Assembly (NCBI GenBank): GCA_965205015.1
Contig: OZ242029.1
Location: 224,001-288,000, forward strand
Source: Candidatus Poribacteria bacterium
Lineage (GTDB): Bacteria > Poribacteria > WGA-4E > WGA-3G
Reading direction: 5' to 3'
Length of the DNA stretch: 64,000 nt
In this document: piece after piece, positions 9,063 through 19,600 of the stretch
Layout of the letters: every line of letters starts with the position of its first letter
Numbering within the stretch: position 1 is the stretch's first letter
The notes under the pieces: generated by a model
Seen by the model: the letters and a program-made list of their open reading frames with translations, nothing else
What the model was told of the DNA's origin: nothing
Databases searched by the model: none
Program-made: the position numbers and the translations under genes

Positions 9063-12038
9063 TTATCGGATAATAGCAAATCTGCCGATCTTGTTACCGA
9101 CGACTTCATCACTTTCGTCTCTGGCTTCAACATGGAAGATATAAACACCGCTTGCGAGTGCCTGATTGTAGCGGTTGAGGAGCTCAAATGATGCCGTCCC
9201 GCCCTTGTCCCCTTGTGCTCGTTCCCCCGGGTTATAAAGGGCAATGCTCTCGTGTTCAAGCGTTCGTACTAATTCACCTGCTAATGTGTAAATCCGTATC
9301 GTACACCGCGGTGGGAGGTGCGTGAAGAAAATCTTATCCGTTCCTTCGGACAGTACTGCTCTGTTCGTAACGAAATAAGGGTTTGGAACGACCCGAATTT
9401 TTCCAAGATCGGCTTCAATGTCTTCGGGTGCAAGCGTTTCCCCCTTTGTATTTAGGAGGAACTGATCGCCGTCCTGTGGGGCACTGACGCCTCCCATTTC
9501 AACAGTGAAGACATCTCCAGCAGAGATTTCACCGTTCGGATCTTTTATATACACATAGCCACCTCGGATGTAAATACGGAAGAAACCCGGTGTTTCCGCT
9601 GGATTATATGTATCACGCCAACCCGTGCCTGTGAGAATAGCGTATCCAGCGGCGCGCTGGTCGTTGAATTGAATTTCTTCACCCGTATCTTCATCTACCA
9701 CCTTGACGTGAGTATCGTCGACAAACGTGATCGAATATGTATGTGGCCGATAGTAGGTTGCCCAATAGATGTTGGGCCAGGTATTCTCACCAAAACCGGG
9801 GGATTGGATGTTCACCTCCCACCCTGTCACTGTGCCCGCCGTCAATTTAACGTCGTTAATCGGATTTTCCATGGGACTGCCGTAGAATACGTTGACCCCT
9901 GTTATCTTCAAGATGATCCCATCAAACATCGGGGAGAGCACTTCAACAGCCTCACCGTGACCAGGGTCGAACCAGTCAAAAGATTGTTTTTCGACGACAG
10001 TTGCGTCGGTCGTCATATTCACAATCTCATAGGCGGGGGGTTGATACCCGGGCCCCGTGATATATGCTGCTGGACCTATCTGTTTCGCGCCGTACCAGAC
10101 CATCTTGTATTGATGCCCCGTTATTTTGTTCGGTGCGAGTACCGTCGGTTCGACGGTAACGCTTCCCTGTCCCTGCTGCTCTATATCAGCAGTCGGTTCT
10201 CGGTATCCTGCCGGTTGGGGACGTGGAACAACGTGAACCATCGTCTCGATTTGGCTACTCTCCATTGCGATCAACCCGGTTTTTGGGTTGCCTGTATCAA
10301 ACGAGGTCACCGCATACGTGTATTCAAGTCCGTTGGTTAAGTCTGCGTCGGTGTAGAATTTCTTGATGCCTGCGTCCTCGCCGAGTGCCTGCGAAGGGGT
10401 CGAGACGACTTGGAAGATATCGCCAGCAACGGGCGGTCCCGAAGGACCGTCGCTAATTTGCACGTAGAGCCCACCGAAATAGATCCGAGCACCGGAACGA
10501 TATGTACCGTCAGGATACGGTTCGCCTGTATTCGGGTCTTTGATAACAACGTATCCACCACCGTTCCCGGGGAACGCAGCGTTATACGCCATAACCTCCC
10601 ACAGCGTCGTGTTAATGACTTCAAAATCTGTGCTGGAGTTGAATTTGATGACGTAGACGGCATTCTTGAAGAAATCGGCGAAGAACGGTTCATCCCCCAT
10701 GCTTTCAATGGTGGCATCCGACTGCTTACCGACATGCGACACCGTAAAGAAATTGCCCGTCGCACTCGGTTTGTCGAATTCCATCAGCATCGTCCAATCT
10801 TCGACCGGATTGCCGGTGGATTCATCATAAGAGACATCGCGCCTATAAACCCGATATCCCTCAAAAATTTTCTCCGGATCGGTCACATCGACATATTCTT
10901 CAATGCTCTTACCGACGCCGGCATCAACCCAGCGTCCCTCGCTCTCCCAGACGAGTGTCACCTGTTTATCAGCAGGATAAGCAGTTACCAACGGGGAAGG
11001 GGGTGGTGCCGGTGCAACGTAACCGTCGTCATATAACTTCTGTGCCCAGTCCGAAGACGCTTGTAAACCCGCAAGCCCTTCACCGATTGCCACCGCGATG
11101 ATGATGTTGAAGGACTCACCCGGGGCAAACGATTCAATCGGTCCGTAGGATTGGATAAAGCGTTGATCGTCATAGTTGGCTGGGAGAGGCTCAACACCGG
11201 GTGTGCTGATGAGGGCGTACATCTCTGCATCCGTCGTTGGGTCTGTGGAGATCGTAATCCGTTTGTGTGCTGTGAAAGGGATTTTTGCCGCTGGATCTTC
11301 TGCATTCTCCCCTATATACGCATCCAATACCCGTAACCCGATATACCCAGGGGCGGAAGCGTTGGAGAATCCGTAAGAGAGGTAACGGTTGGGGTGATCC
11401 ACAGGATTGAGGGCATCTGGTGTCTGATCCAGAGCGACAAAGTCGTCAGCAGAGTAACTGGCTGTCCCTGTCTCGTTACTGGAGATGTCCACATCGTACC
11501 GGAACGCCATAAACAGATCTTCAAGCGTGTCGCCACCGACATTTTTGACGTTATACTCGAGAATAAAGAAGTCGTAGAGCGGTGCGTAACTCCACTGAAA
11601 TCCGTTAACGACGATTTCTAAACCCAGAATTAAATCCTTATTCGCCTCCGGATTTGTATCGGAGCATTTGAACATGATGGATTGATTCGTCGGCGTTCCC
11701 TTTGTCGTTACACCGGGTTTGTTTGAGATGACCTCTGGTACATCGTCAGCGGGCCAGATTTCGCTGTGCCTGCCATCCGCCTCAGCAACGCCGACTTCAC
11801 CGTTTCTCTTCGCACCGATCCAGATGTCTCCTTCATAGATATAGGAATCGTTTGTGCCCGCGGGCCACCAGCCTGAAGGGTTCGCTGTAGGGTTGCTCGG
11901 AAACCCGACGACTGCGGTGTTATAGATAGCAGAGGACAGGTTGCCCACATCCAGTGCCTTCCAATCCACGTCTGCCCTCGCCGACACCGCGACGCATCCC
12001 AAAATTGTAGATATACATATAAATCGTAATAATTTCAT
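9063..12038 (-). CDS. Large secreted protein with FN3-like segments and a T9SS-CTD/FlgD-like C-terminal domain
   Basis: Signal peptide MKLLRFICIS...ARA; FEGYRVYR and LTNGLEYTYAVTSFD; C-terminal IRVVPNPY...TIRIYTLAGELVRTL...ASGVYIFHV. Confidence 0.8.
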   Translation of the reverse strand: MKLLRFICISTILGCVAVSARADVDWKALDVGNLSSAIYNTAVVGFPSNPTANPSGWWPAGTNDSYIYEGDIWIGAKRNGEVGVAEADGRHSEIWPADDVPEVISNKPGVTTKGTPTNQSIMFKCSDTNPEANKDLILGLEIVVNGFQWSYAPLYDFFILEYNVKNVGGDTLEDLFMAFRYDVDISSNETGTASYSADDFVALDQTPDALNPVDHPNRYLSYGFSNASAPGYIGLRVLDAYIGENAEDPAAKIPFTAHKRITISTDPTTDAEMYALISTPGVEPLPANYDDQRFIQSYGPIESFAPGESFNIIIAVAIGEGLAGLQASSDWAQKLYDDGYVAPAPPPSPLVTAYPADKQVTLVWESEGRWVDAGVGKSIEEYVDVTDPEKIFEGYRVYRRDVSYDESTGNPVEDWTMLMEFDKPSATGNFFTVSHVGKQSDATIESMGDEPFFADFFKNAVYVIKFNSSTDFEVINTTLWEVMAYNAAFPGNGGGYVVIKDPNTGEPYPDGTYRSGARIYFGGLYVQISDGPSGPPVAGDIFQVVSTPSQALGEDAGIKKFYTDADLTNGLEYTYAVTSFDTGNPKTGLIAMESSQIETMVHVVPRPQPAGYREPTADIEQQGQGSVTVEPTVLAPNKITGHQYKMVWYGAKQIGPAAYITGPGYQPPAYEIVNMTTDATVVEKQSFDWFDPGHGEAVEVLSPMFDGIILKITGVNVFYGSPMENPINDVKLTAGTVTGWEVNIQSPGFGENTWPNIYWATYYRPHTYSITFVDDTHVKVVDEDTGEEIQFNDQRAAGYAILTGTGWRDTYNPAETPGFFRIYIRGGYVYIKDPNGEISAGDVFTVEMGGVSAPQDGDQFLLNTKGETLAPEDIEADLGKIRVVPNPYFVTNRAVLSEGTDKIFFTHLPPRCTIRIYTLAGELVRTLEHESIALYNPGERAQGDKGGTASFELLNRYNQALASGVYIFHVEARDESDEVVGNKIGRFAIIR

Positions 12039-12238
12039 TTTTTTAATTTTCCTTGCGGATAAGTAATAGTTTCTGGAACTTGAAGGTTTTCGTTTTCGAG
12101 TTGAAAAAACTCCCAAGCAAAAACACCTCCACTTCGTTTCGGGCTTGGCACTTTGGAATATTTGTCAGAGTTATCAGTTTTCAGCAGAAAGTGCAGCCTC
12201 GTAATCTGCCTCGGTCTTAATTGGTTTAACTTCCATTG

Positions 12239-14047
12239 TTAATCGGTCTCCGTAATTTCAAAAACCCGATAGTGTTGCGTTTTTCCGTTTCCGATGTCCA
12301 CTTCGCCTTCAATGAACACCGGATAATTGTAAACCGTTTCTTTGACAGAGAAAAGATACGGAATCGCACCCGCTTCACGCGCTGTTTTGGCTTGGCTCTT
12401 GAAATCGCGAGGCGCCTTCATGTGCTTATTGTAAATCTGATACGTTGACCTGTCGGCGTAATACATCAAATCGAAGTGCGCCCCGACGCGTTCATCGTCA
12501 AGAAAGAAACAGGCGTTCTCTGGCATCTCACGTTGGAGACGTTGTCCACTCTTTTCATATAGAGGGACCTGACGATTCCGCTCCGTGACCCTGTAAGCCG
12601 CATGCACATAGTGTCCTGCATAGAACAACGCAATTATCAGTGCGACCGTACGGAGCCCGAACCCTATCCACCTCTGCACATTACGGTGGCGAACCAGCAT
12701 ATACACACCGGCAAAAATCGCCAACAACACCCCGAAGCCGATCAGTTGCTCAACAATCCAGAAATTCGTTTCAATAAAAGGCGCGAATCTCTTGAGTCCA
12801 TCGAACTGGTCCCGACTCTTGACGAGGGTGCGTCCGCCAGTGATAATCGTAATCGCGAGCATCCCCGCTATCCAAATAGAGGTATAAATCCAGTCCCGCC
12901 GTTGCCATGCTCGGCTGATGACCGCTGCGAGACACATCAGTAGCGGTGGCACGGCAATCATCGTCGCCGATGGCGTTTTCGTCTGGGCAAGCGTGTGCGG
13001 GACAATCACGCCGACACCCCACGCTAACACGAAAAGTTCCGCTAACTGCCAGCGTCTGAACATAACCACGATTAGACATAACGCCGCCGCAACGAGCGCG
13101 ACATAGAACACCGGATAAAACAGTGGCATGTAATCAAACAGCGGTCGATCCCAACTTGCCCCCCAGCTTTCAATATCGGTGTTGAGGTGATCCAACACGC
13201 GCTTATGTTCCCAAAGGAATTCCTTACGATAGTAAATCAGGCAATAGGTGACCCACGGTGCAACTGTCGCAATTGCCGCCAAGAGTTGCAACCCAATATC
13301 CCCGAGACGAATCTTTGCGTCTATCGCATCGGCTTGTAACCCGTCACCCGATACACGTCTCTCGCTATAGATTTGCTGGGCTCGTGCAATACACCAAACG
13401 ACAAGGGCGATACCGAAAGTGATGAGGGCAAGGTAACTTTTCGACAGATACGCAACACCCATCGCAACGCCGGATAAGATGTAATTCCGCCGCTTTCCCG
13501 TCCGAATCGCCCGGAGTAGGAACCAACACGACACCTGAACCCAAAGCAACAAAGCGATGTCAATGTGATCCGAATAGCGATAGCCGTGAATCGACTCAAA
13601 GAGAAACGGGTTAAACGCTTGAAGAAACGCCGCAATGAGTCCAGCCCGTTTGTCAAAGAGATCCGCGGCAATCCGATACGTTAACCAGGTCGTCACAACT
13701 AAACTGACTGCGGACGGCACCCGGAGTGCGAACGCATTAATGCCAAAAACGAGATGTGAGAGCCAGATTGTCCACATCGCCACCGGTGGTTTATGTAGCC
13801 AGATGTGGTTCTCGCCCCACCCTTTATAGTCGTAAGGGAGCCACGGTTGATCGTAGAGCGTAAATTTGAGCGGATGCTTCGTCAAATTCCGCGCAACGAC
13901 GGCATGAAACCCTTCGTCCCAATACGTGATCCCGCTATGCCCAAGATTCCGCAGCACCAAAATCCCTGAGGCAATCAGAATGCAAAGTAGGACGATTTTT
14001 ACGAGTGTAAATTCGCTGTTTAATCGGAAACCCTCAAAGTTCATCAA
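12239..14047 (-). CDS. ArnT/PMT-like glycosyltransferase (GT39/GT83-like, GT-C fold)
   Basis: WDEGFHAVVAR, HKPPVAMW, FALRVPS; many transmembrane segments. Confidence 0.85.
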   Translation of the reverse strand: MMNFEGFRLNSEFTLVKIVLLCILIASGILVLRNLGHSGITYWDEGFHAVVARNLTKHPLKFTLYDQPWLPYDYKGWGENHIWLHKPPVAMWTIWLSHLVFGINAFALRVPSAVSLVVTTWLTYRIAADLFDKRAGLIAAFLQAFNPFLFESIHGYRYSDHIDIALLLWVQVSCWFLLRAIRTGKRRNYILSGVAMGVAYLSKSYLALITFGIALVVWCIARAQQIYSERRVSGDGLQADAIDAKIRLGDIGLQLLAAIATVAPWVTYCLIYYRKEFLWEHKRVLDHLNTDIESWGASWDRPLFDYMPLFYPVFYVALVAAALCLIVVMFRRWQLAELFVLAWGVGVIVPHTLAQTKTPSATMIAVPPLLMCLAAVISRAWQRRDWIYTSIWIAGMLAITIITGGRTLVKSRDQFDGLKRFAPFIETNFWIVEQLIGFGVLLAIFAGVYMLVRHRNVQRWIGFGLRTVALIIALFYAGHYVHAAYRVTERNRQVPLYEKSGQRLQREMPENACFFLDDERVGAHFDLMYYADRSTYQIYNKHMKAPRDFKSQAKTAREAGAIPYLFSVKETVYNYPVFIEGEVDIGNGKTQHYRVFEITETD

Positions 14048-14050
14048 TAG

Positions 14051-14200
14051 TTATAGATTCAGCGTTTGTAACTTGGTTTTTTCCGCATCGAGGACATCCA
14101 GAAAATTGTTCCACACTAACCATCCATGTTCGTTGAACCTTGCTCCCAGTTTGATGTAAAAACCTTCACTACCGCCCTTGTGATCTACACAGACCTCATT
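14051..14200 (-). pseudogene. Possible C-terminal fragment of a GNAT acetyltransferase
   Basis: Manual translation ...SEGFYIKLGARFNEHGWLVWNNF...*; in-frame stop upstream, no start. Confidence 0.3.
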
Positions 14201-14276
14201 GTAGTGGGTGTGAATTGCGTTGAACCCAGATTCACACTAAAAATGCAAAAATCCGAGAAATCTGTGAAATCCGCGT

Positions 14277-14810
14277 CTACTGTGTATTCGCATAAAATCC
14301 TAATCCAATGACGGCAGCTGCTGTCCCCGCTGCTGCCCATTTTGTCCGAAGCGATCGAGTTTTTGTCTTATAGGCATTGGTGTAAAACTCAACATATTTC
14401 GGTGATTTTCCGAGGAGCCGCTCAGGTGGCGGACCTCCCTGATAATTGTAAATTCCAATGAGTGGGATTAAGCCACCAACTATAGTACTCCAGCCCACTG
14501 CTGTCCTTCCGATGTCATGGGGGGTTGAGGCGTTCACTGGAGTGAATAAACTCACTACAATCCCTCCAGCGAGGTAACCAATGGTACCTCCGATACAGCA
14601 AGTTCCCACCCCCGTACCGAACCATAAAAGTCTATTGACATTGTTACTCGCGTCCTGTTCAGCGGCAACTTTAGCTTCAAGACTAACAGCGTTTGCATCT
14701 TGTGCTGTAGCAGTTTTGGCTTCAACCCGCACGGAATTCTTTTGCGCAAGGGTGGTAAACGGCATACCGAAAGTCAATACTATTATTAAAGCAGCCATTC
14801 TGTGAAACAT
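14277..14810 (-). CDS. Hypothetical membrane protein, paralog of 54769..55212
   Basis: Signal peptide; shared motifs A..DA..dVN..LWFG and PPP.RL.GKSP.YV..Y..AYK.K. Confidence 0.75.
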   Translation of the reverse strand: MFHRMAALIIVLTFGMPFTTLAQKNSVRVEAKTATAQDANAVSLEAKVAAEQDASNNVNRLLWFGTGVGTCCIGGTIGYLAGGIVVSLFTPVNASTPHDIGRTAVGWSTIVGGLIPLIGIYNYQGGPPPERLLGKSPKYVEFYTNAYKTKTRSLRTKWAAAGTAAAVIGLGFYANTQ

Positions 14811-15144
14811 AGGCGGTAAAAGCCTTCAATTATTTTGGATCCGGTTATCACCCCTGAGTGTATGCAAGCGCGCACACTAAAAGTTTACGCTATGAAACTT
14901 TCGCGGATTATGAATCGCTTTCATGAAAAAGGGTGTCCGCCCATCTAAAATCTTGTAAGTAGTAACTTGGGTTACTATAGGTCAGATTCGTTGATTTTAT
15001 TGTAGATGTCGGTCCCCTTGGTGACTAATTCCTGACGGATTTCATTCCAATCTTCTCTGTCGGTTTTGCCTTTCTCAAGTACAGGAAATATATTTGACCT
15101 TTCAGATTACATTAAAGTGTTTGTAACTTAAAACTCGGTAAGAT

Positions 15145-15366
15145 TTAAAGTCTTTCAAATTCACTTGGCGTTAATCCTGCTTGGCGCAAAATGCTTCGCA
15201 GCAGACCAACCGAAATTTCGCGATGATATGGAACAATCGCTGTTTGAATCCCATCGCTGTTGTATCGGACAAATTTTACATGACTGCCTCGTTGATTCGC
15301 TATTGTGAATCCTGCCTTCTCGAGTTTACGTTTGACGTGACGATACGAGAGTGGTTTAAGCGGCAC
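15145..15366 (-). CDS. hicA: HicA-family toxin
   Basis: LEKAGF...QRGSHVKF...IVPYH.EI..GLLRSILRQAG; GTG start overlaps the hicB end. Confidence 0.9.
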   Translation of the reverse strand: MPLKPLSYRHVKRKLEKAGFTIANQRGSHVKFVRYNSDGIQTAIVPYHREISVGLLRSILRQAGLTPSEFERL

Positions 15367-15565
15367 TGACTTTCGCCTCAAACTTCCGGATTACGGGTTT
15401 AAAACTTGGTTGAGGTGGCTCAAAGTACAGTTCCAACGCTTCCGCTAAGTTACTCAAAGCCTCTTCTTCGCTTTGACCTTGGCTTGCAATATCAACCTCT
15501 AAACATTGGGCGATAAACCAGTTATTTTCTCTCCAGATACTTGCCGTAAATGTTTGATTTTTCAT
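15356..15565 (-). CDS. hicB: HicB-family antitoxin (short form)
   Basis: IAQCLEVDIASQGQSEEEALSNLAEALELY. Confidence 0.9.
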   Translation of the reverse strand: MKNQTFTASIWRENNWFIAQCLEVDIASQGQSEEEALSNLAEALELYFEPPQPSFKPVIRKFEAKVSAA

Positions 15566-15594
15566 TTTCGATTTTTCCTTTCTCCGAGTTTATG

Positions 15595-15694
15595 GAACTT
15601 ACAACGACACGTGTCCCTTCCTACACATCACTGCGTGCTTCCGAGAGTTCAATTTTACCATCGCGATAAATACCTTCAATAGTTTACTGACATG
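15595..15694 (-). pseudogene. Degraded AF2212/DUF104-like antitoxin
   Basis: Alternative frame TIEGIYRDGKIELSEARSDV*EGTRVVV, out of frame with the ATG and containing an internal TAG. Confidence 0.5.
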
Positions 15695-15695
15695 G

Positions 15696-15908
15696 TTATT
15701 TCTCCTTATCCCTCTCCTCCAATATGGAACGTAACGCTTCATTAACGGCTTCTTCAGTGGGAAAAGCGGCGGCAACATCCGGTTCAAGGCGGACAATATT
15801 TGTTCCAGCAGCATATTGTTTCGCATATTTCCCACGAATGCCATCTTTTAGCAGCGTTTCGTCGTATTCGGGACGCAATTCGTCGTTAAGTCCATTTTTG
15901 TCAGTCAC
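15696..15908 (-). CDS. BrnA-like antitoxin
   Basis: DELRPEYD...RGKYA...VRLEPDVAAAFPTEEAVNEALR; GTG start 10 nt after GGAGG; overlaps the brnT stop. Confidence 0.8.
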   Translation of the reverse strand: MTDKNGLNDELRPEYDETLLKDGIRGKYAKQYAAGTNIVRLEPDVAAAFPTEEAVNEALRSILEERDKEK

Positions 15909-16173
15909 TTTCGTATATCCTCCTTTCTCGATGGGTAACTTTACGAGCACTAATAATTCGGATCCGTTGCCCGCGATCCGTATGAGAAATAATAAGTAAT
16001 TGTCCTTGAACTGACTCACCAATCGTAATATATCTGGCTTCATCACGCAGGCGATCTGGATCGGGAAATGTAAGGGACAATGGGTCGCTAAATACAGTTG
16101 ATGCTTCGTGAAAAGATATATTATGTTTAGCAAAATTGCTTGTTGCTTTATTAGGGTCCCACTCAAATTCCAT
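15901..16173 (-). CDS. brnT: BrnT-family toxin
   Basis: MEFEWDPNKATSNFAKHNISF...RIRIISARK. Confidence 0.92.
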   Translation of the reverse strand: MEFEWDPNKATSNFAKHNISFHEASTVFSDPLSLTFPDPDRLRDEARYITIGESVQGQLLIISHTDRGQRIRIISARKVTHRERRIYESD

Positions 16174-16205
16174 CGTGTCAACTTAACTATTATCTATTGT
16201 CCATA

Positions 16206-16673
16206 TTAGGATTGGCTCGCAAAACCCTCATAGCGAGGCTGCAAACGACACTGAACAAATGCCTCTAACAAGTTGAGAACCCACTTGCCCATATCAGCAT
16301 CAAGTAGGAAATTCACCCGGTCTGTGCTTTCCTTGATCCAGTTAGATATATTTTTCTCATTCAAACCGTATCTTTGAACAGAGTTTTCATCTTTCAGGAT
16401 TGATGCGGCTAAAGTACTTGGTGCTGAACCTGGATTGTAATGTTGACTCGTATATCGGGCCTGAGACCGAGAACCGGCTTTGCCAACTTTCAAAACACAT
16501 TCTTTATTAAAGAATACATACACCGCCATTTTCCCTTTAGGTAGATTCCTCGGTGGTTTATGTGGCATCGTCCAGGTTTCAATACCGATATCACTCGGTT
16601 GTATTCCAATTCCGCCCAGTTTGGCGACCATTAAAAAATCGTCTCGGAGTTTTTCAGGATCCCAATTCATCAT
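16206..16673 (-). CDS. Small GIY-YIG-like nuclease-domain protein
   Basis: AVYVF...LKVGKA...R...H pattern and C-terminal LLEAF...LQPRYE; low GC; start moved to MMNWD to avoid overlap with the TonB gene. Confidence 0.55.
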   Translation of the reverse strand: MMNWDPEKLRDDFLMVAKLGGIGIQPSDIGIETWTMPHKPPRNLPKGKMAVYVFFNKECVLKVGKAGSRSQARYTSQHYNPGSAPSTLAASILKDENSVQRYGLNEKNISNWIKESTDRVNFLLDADMGKWVLNLLEAFVQCRLQPRYEGFASQS

Positions 16674-16681
16674 TTTCCATC

Positions 16682-19600
16682 CTAAAAATCCAAACTCACG
16701 CCCATCATAATCAACCGCGGGGAGCTCCATGACAGCGGATGCGAATGCTTCTGGTTGTCGAGCGGGATACCATATCGGTCGTACGTCACTGCATCCAAGA
16801 GATCGTCCAGATTCTTCGTATTGAAGATGTTCCGAATGTCGGCAAAGAAGGTATAGGTCAACCCACCAACCCGACTCCGTTTGCTGATCAGCGCGTCAAC
16901 ATTATAGGTCGGCGGATAACGCTTCGAGTTGATGTCTGGCTTGACAGGTGCCCTTGGATTCGGTGTGTAGGGCAAACCGCTGCCATATCTACCAATTAGA
17001 TTGATAGAGGAATCGAAGGGCAATTGGATGTCCAACAGTCCAGACAAGACATGACGTTGATCCCATGCCAACGGATGGCTTTCGGTTACGTCAGGCTGCT
17101 GTCGGTAGTAGGTGAGGTAACCCAGATTCCGGCTGGAGCCTTTTCCCTTCGCGACGGAATAGGTGTAACTAAGCATCCCAGAGACCGGACTTCCGCCTGC
17201 ACGCCACTTGCGAATGGTGAGTTCAAACCCTTGAACCCGACCATAGATGCCGTGGAGCATACCGTCGAATTCACCGTTGAGGAAGTAACTGTAATCGTTG
17301 GTAATGTCCACATGCACGCTATTGACAAGCTTATCAATATCCTTTGTGAACCCCGTGATGTCAATCGTTAAATCATCGGTGAATTGCCGGATAATACCGA
17401 CTTCATAAGCGATCGTCCGCTCTGGCTCCAAGTTAGGATTGCCCCTTCTTCGGATTGCACCCCGCATATCAAAACTGAGATTTTCGTAGAGATCATCCCC
17501 CCGCGGAATCTGATAGTAATGCCCGTAGGTGAAGTGCAACTTCGATCGGTCGGTAACCGGGAAGGAGATGCCGAGGCGTGGGGCGATCATGTGTTTGGTG
17601 GAAGCCTCAACAGGATCTTTGATGATCGGGAGTCCAACTTTATAGGTGCTTTTATCCAGTTTGATGGTGCCATCGTCGTTCAGTTCGAGCGGATCAAACG
17701 GGTCTGCGGGTGAGATCCCCGATGGATTATATAGGTCATATCGTAAACCAGCGTTGACGATCATGCCTTCATACTCCATCTTGTCCTGGAGATACATACT
17801 CAAGGATTGCGGTTGGACATCATAGTACTCCATATAGAGGTTGGAGCTTCCGTAATTTGTTGTACTGAGATTATAGAGATCGTATCCCAAGAACTCAACG
17901 CCTGTCTGGATCAGGTGATTCGCCGTGACTTGGCTGGCAAAATCCGCTCTTGCTATTGAAGTTGTTGCAGTGCTGGTCCCCCAAGAATTACTGTCACCGG
18001 CGACGAAATAGGTTGTATCGTTGTATGCCTGCTGGGGCGGGTTTCGGATCCTGCCTTCTTCCTGATTCTGCTCAAAGGATTTATCGGGATCCCATGCGTT
18101 TTCATCAAACGCCTTTTCCAACGGATCCCACACCTTTCCGGGTTGATGTGCCTCACCAGAACGATGAAATTGCCCAACCGTCAACGTATAGAAAGTCCCA
18201 GAGTTGATATTATGTGAGAGCCGCACAGACGTATTCCGCGCGCTTGAATTTGACACTGGAACGGCACTGGGCCAAAAGCGGAAGGAACCCCCATAGGAAT
18301 GGCTTTCGCCGCGATTGAAAAGCCCACTGGCGGTGAGTTTGATACTCGGTGTCACTTCAAACTTCAGTTTCCCTTGGAAGATATATGAGGTCCCATTGCT
18401 ATTCGGAAAATAACTGTGATTTCGTGAAAGTTGGCTGGAGGCAGCGAACGTTAACCGATTTCCCCATATCGGTCCGCTGAGCGCAAATTCACCGATATGG
18501 CTCGGAGATAGATTGTACTTCTTCGTGTCATTGAACAACCCACTATACTGTTCCAGGTCCACGACGTAGCCGTCCAACAAAGTAACCTGTCTCTTCTCAT
18601 AGTCGATAACAGTGCCATCGGCATCCCGATAGGGTTGACGCGTCATCATCGGTTCACCCGTATCGGCGTTAACTTGCGGTTCACCCGTTTCCGGATCTAT
18701 CACAGGCTGAAGTGGGTTTTCCGTCCTGTCCGCATATACGCCCGGGAAAATCTCCGTAAAGACGACCTGCTCGTCGCCTTCCCGCTCCGCTAACTCCGCA
18801 ACGGTGACCTCCTGTCCGCGGTAGGGTGTTTGATAGTCGTAGGGTTGCCCGAAGAAAATACCTCTGAAGGGTTCTATCGCAACCGGTCGAAATCCGTTGT
18901 CTGGATCCAGCCACGGACCGTATAACGGATCGCCGTGGTGCGTCCCCCACTGTCCAACCCGGTACCGGATTCTACCAGAAAATTTATTCGTTCCGACCTT
19001 CGTGATGAGATTAACGATACCGGATTGCGCATCACCGTGTTCCGCATTGAATCCGCCCGTGATAACCTCCATCTGTTCGAGGGAATTCGTGCCGATACTC
19101 AAGCCCAAACTTCTGCTGATCGGATTATTAATTGGGATACCGTCAATGAGATACCGAATCTCCATCGACCTGCCGCCCCGAATATGGGTTGAACCGGTTG
19201 CGTTTAGCACGGCAACGCCAGGTAAAGTCTGTAGAATGCCATTCACGGTATCGCGGGGCATCGCCTCAATATCGTCTGATTCAATGATTCGTGTCGACTG
19301 CGTAACATCCCGTTTGATGAGCGGCTTCACAGCCGTCACCGTTATCCCTTCAAGCTGCACCGTGGTGCTCTTTAGGGCAAAGTCTAACGTCGTCGTAAGA
19401 CCGGCGATCACCCTTGTCCCCGCCACAGTCTCCGCTGCATAACCTGTGAGTTCGACCTTCACATCATAACTTCCGGGCGGGATATTCGTCATAACATAGT
19501 AGCCAGCACTGTTGGTTGTGGCGGTGCTGCTCGTTCCGACGAGTGTTACCGTGACATTCGCCAGCGGTGTATGCGTCGCTTCAGCGGTGATGACCCCAGA

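Noticed and set aside
15909-16181. 161-aa N-terminally extended BrnA from the ORF track
   Set aside because: The extension overlaps brnT entirely; the RBS supports GTG at 15908.
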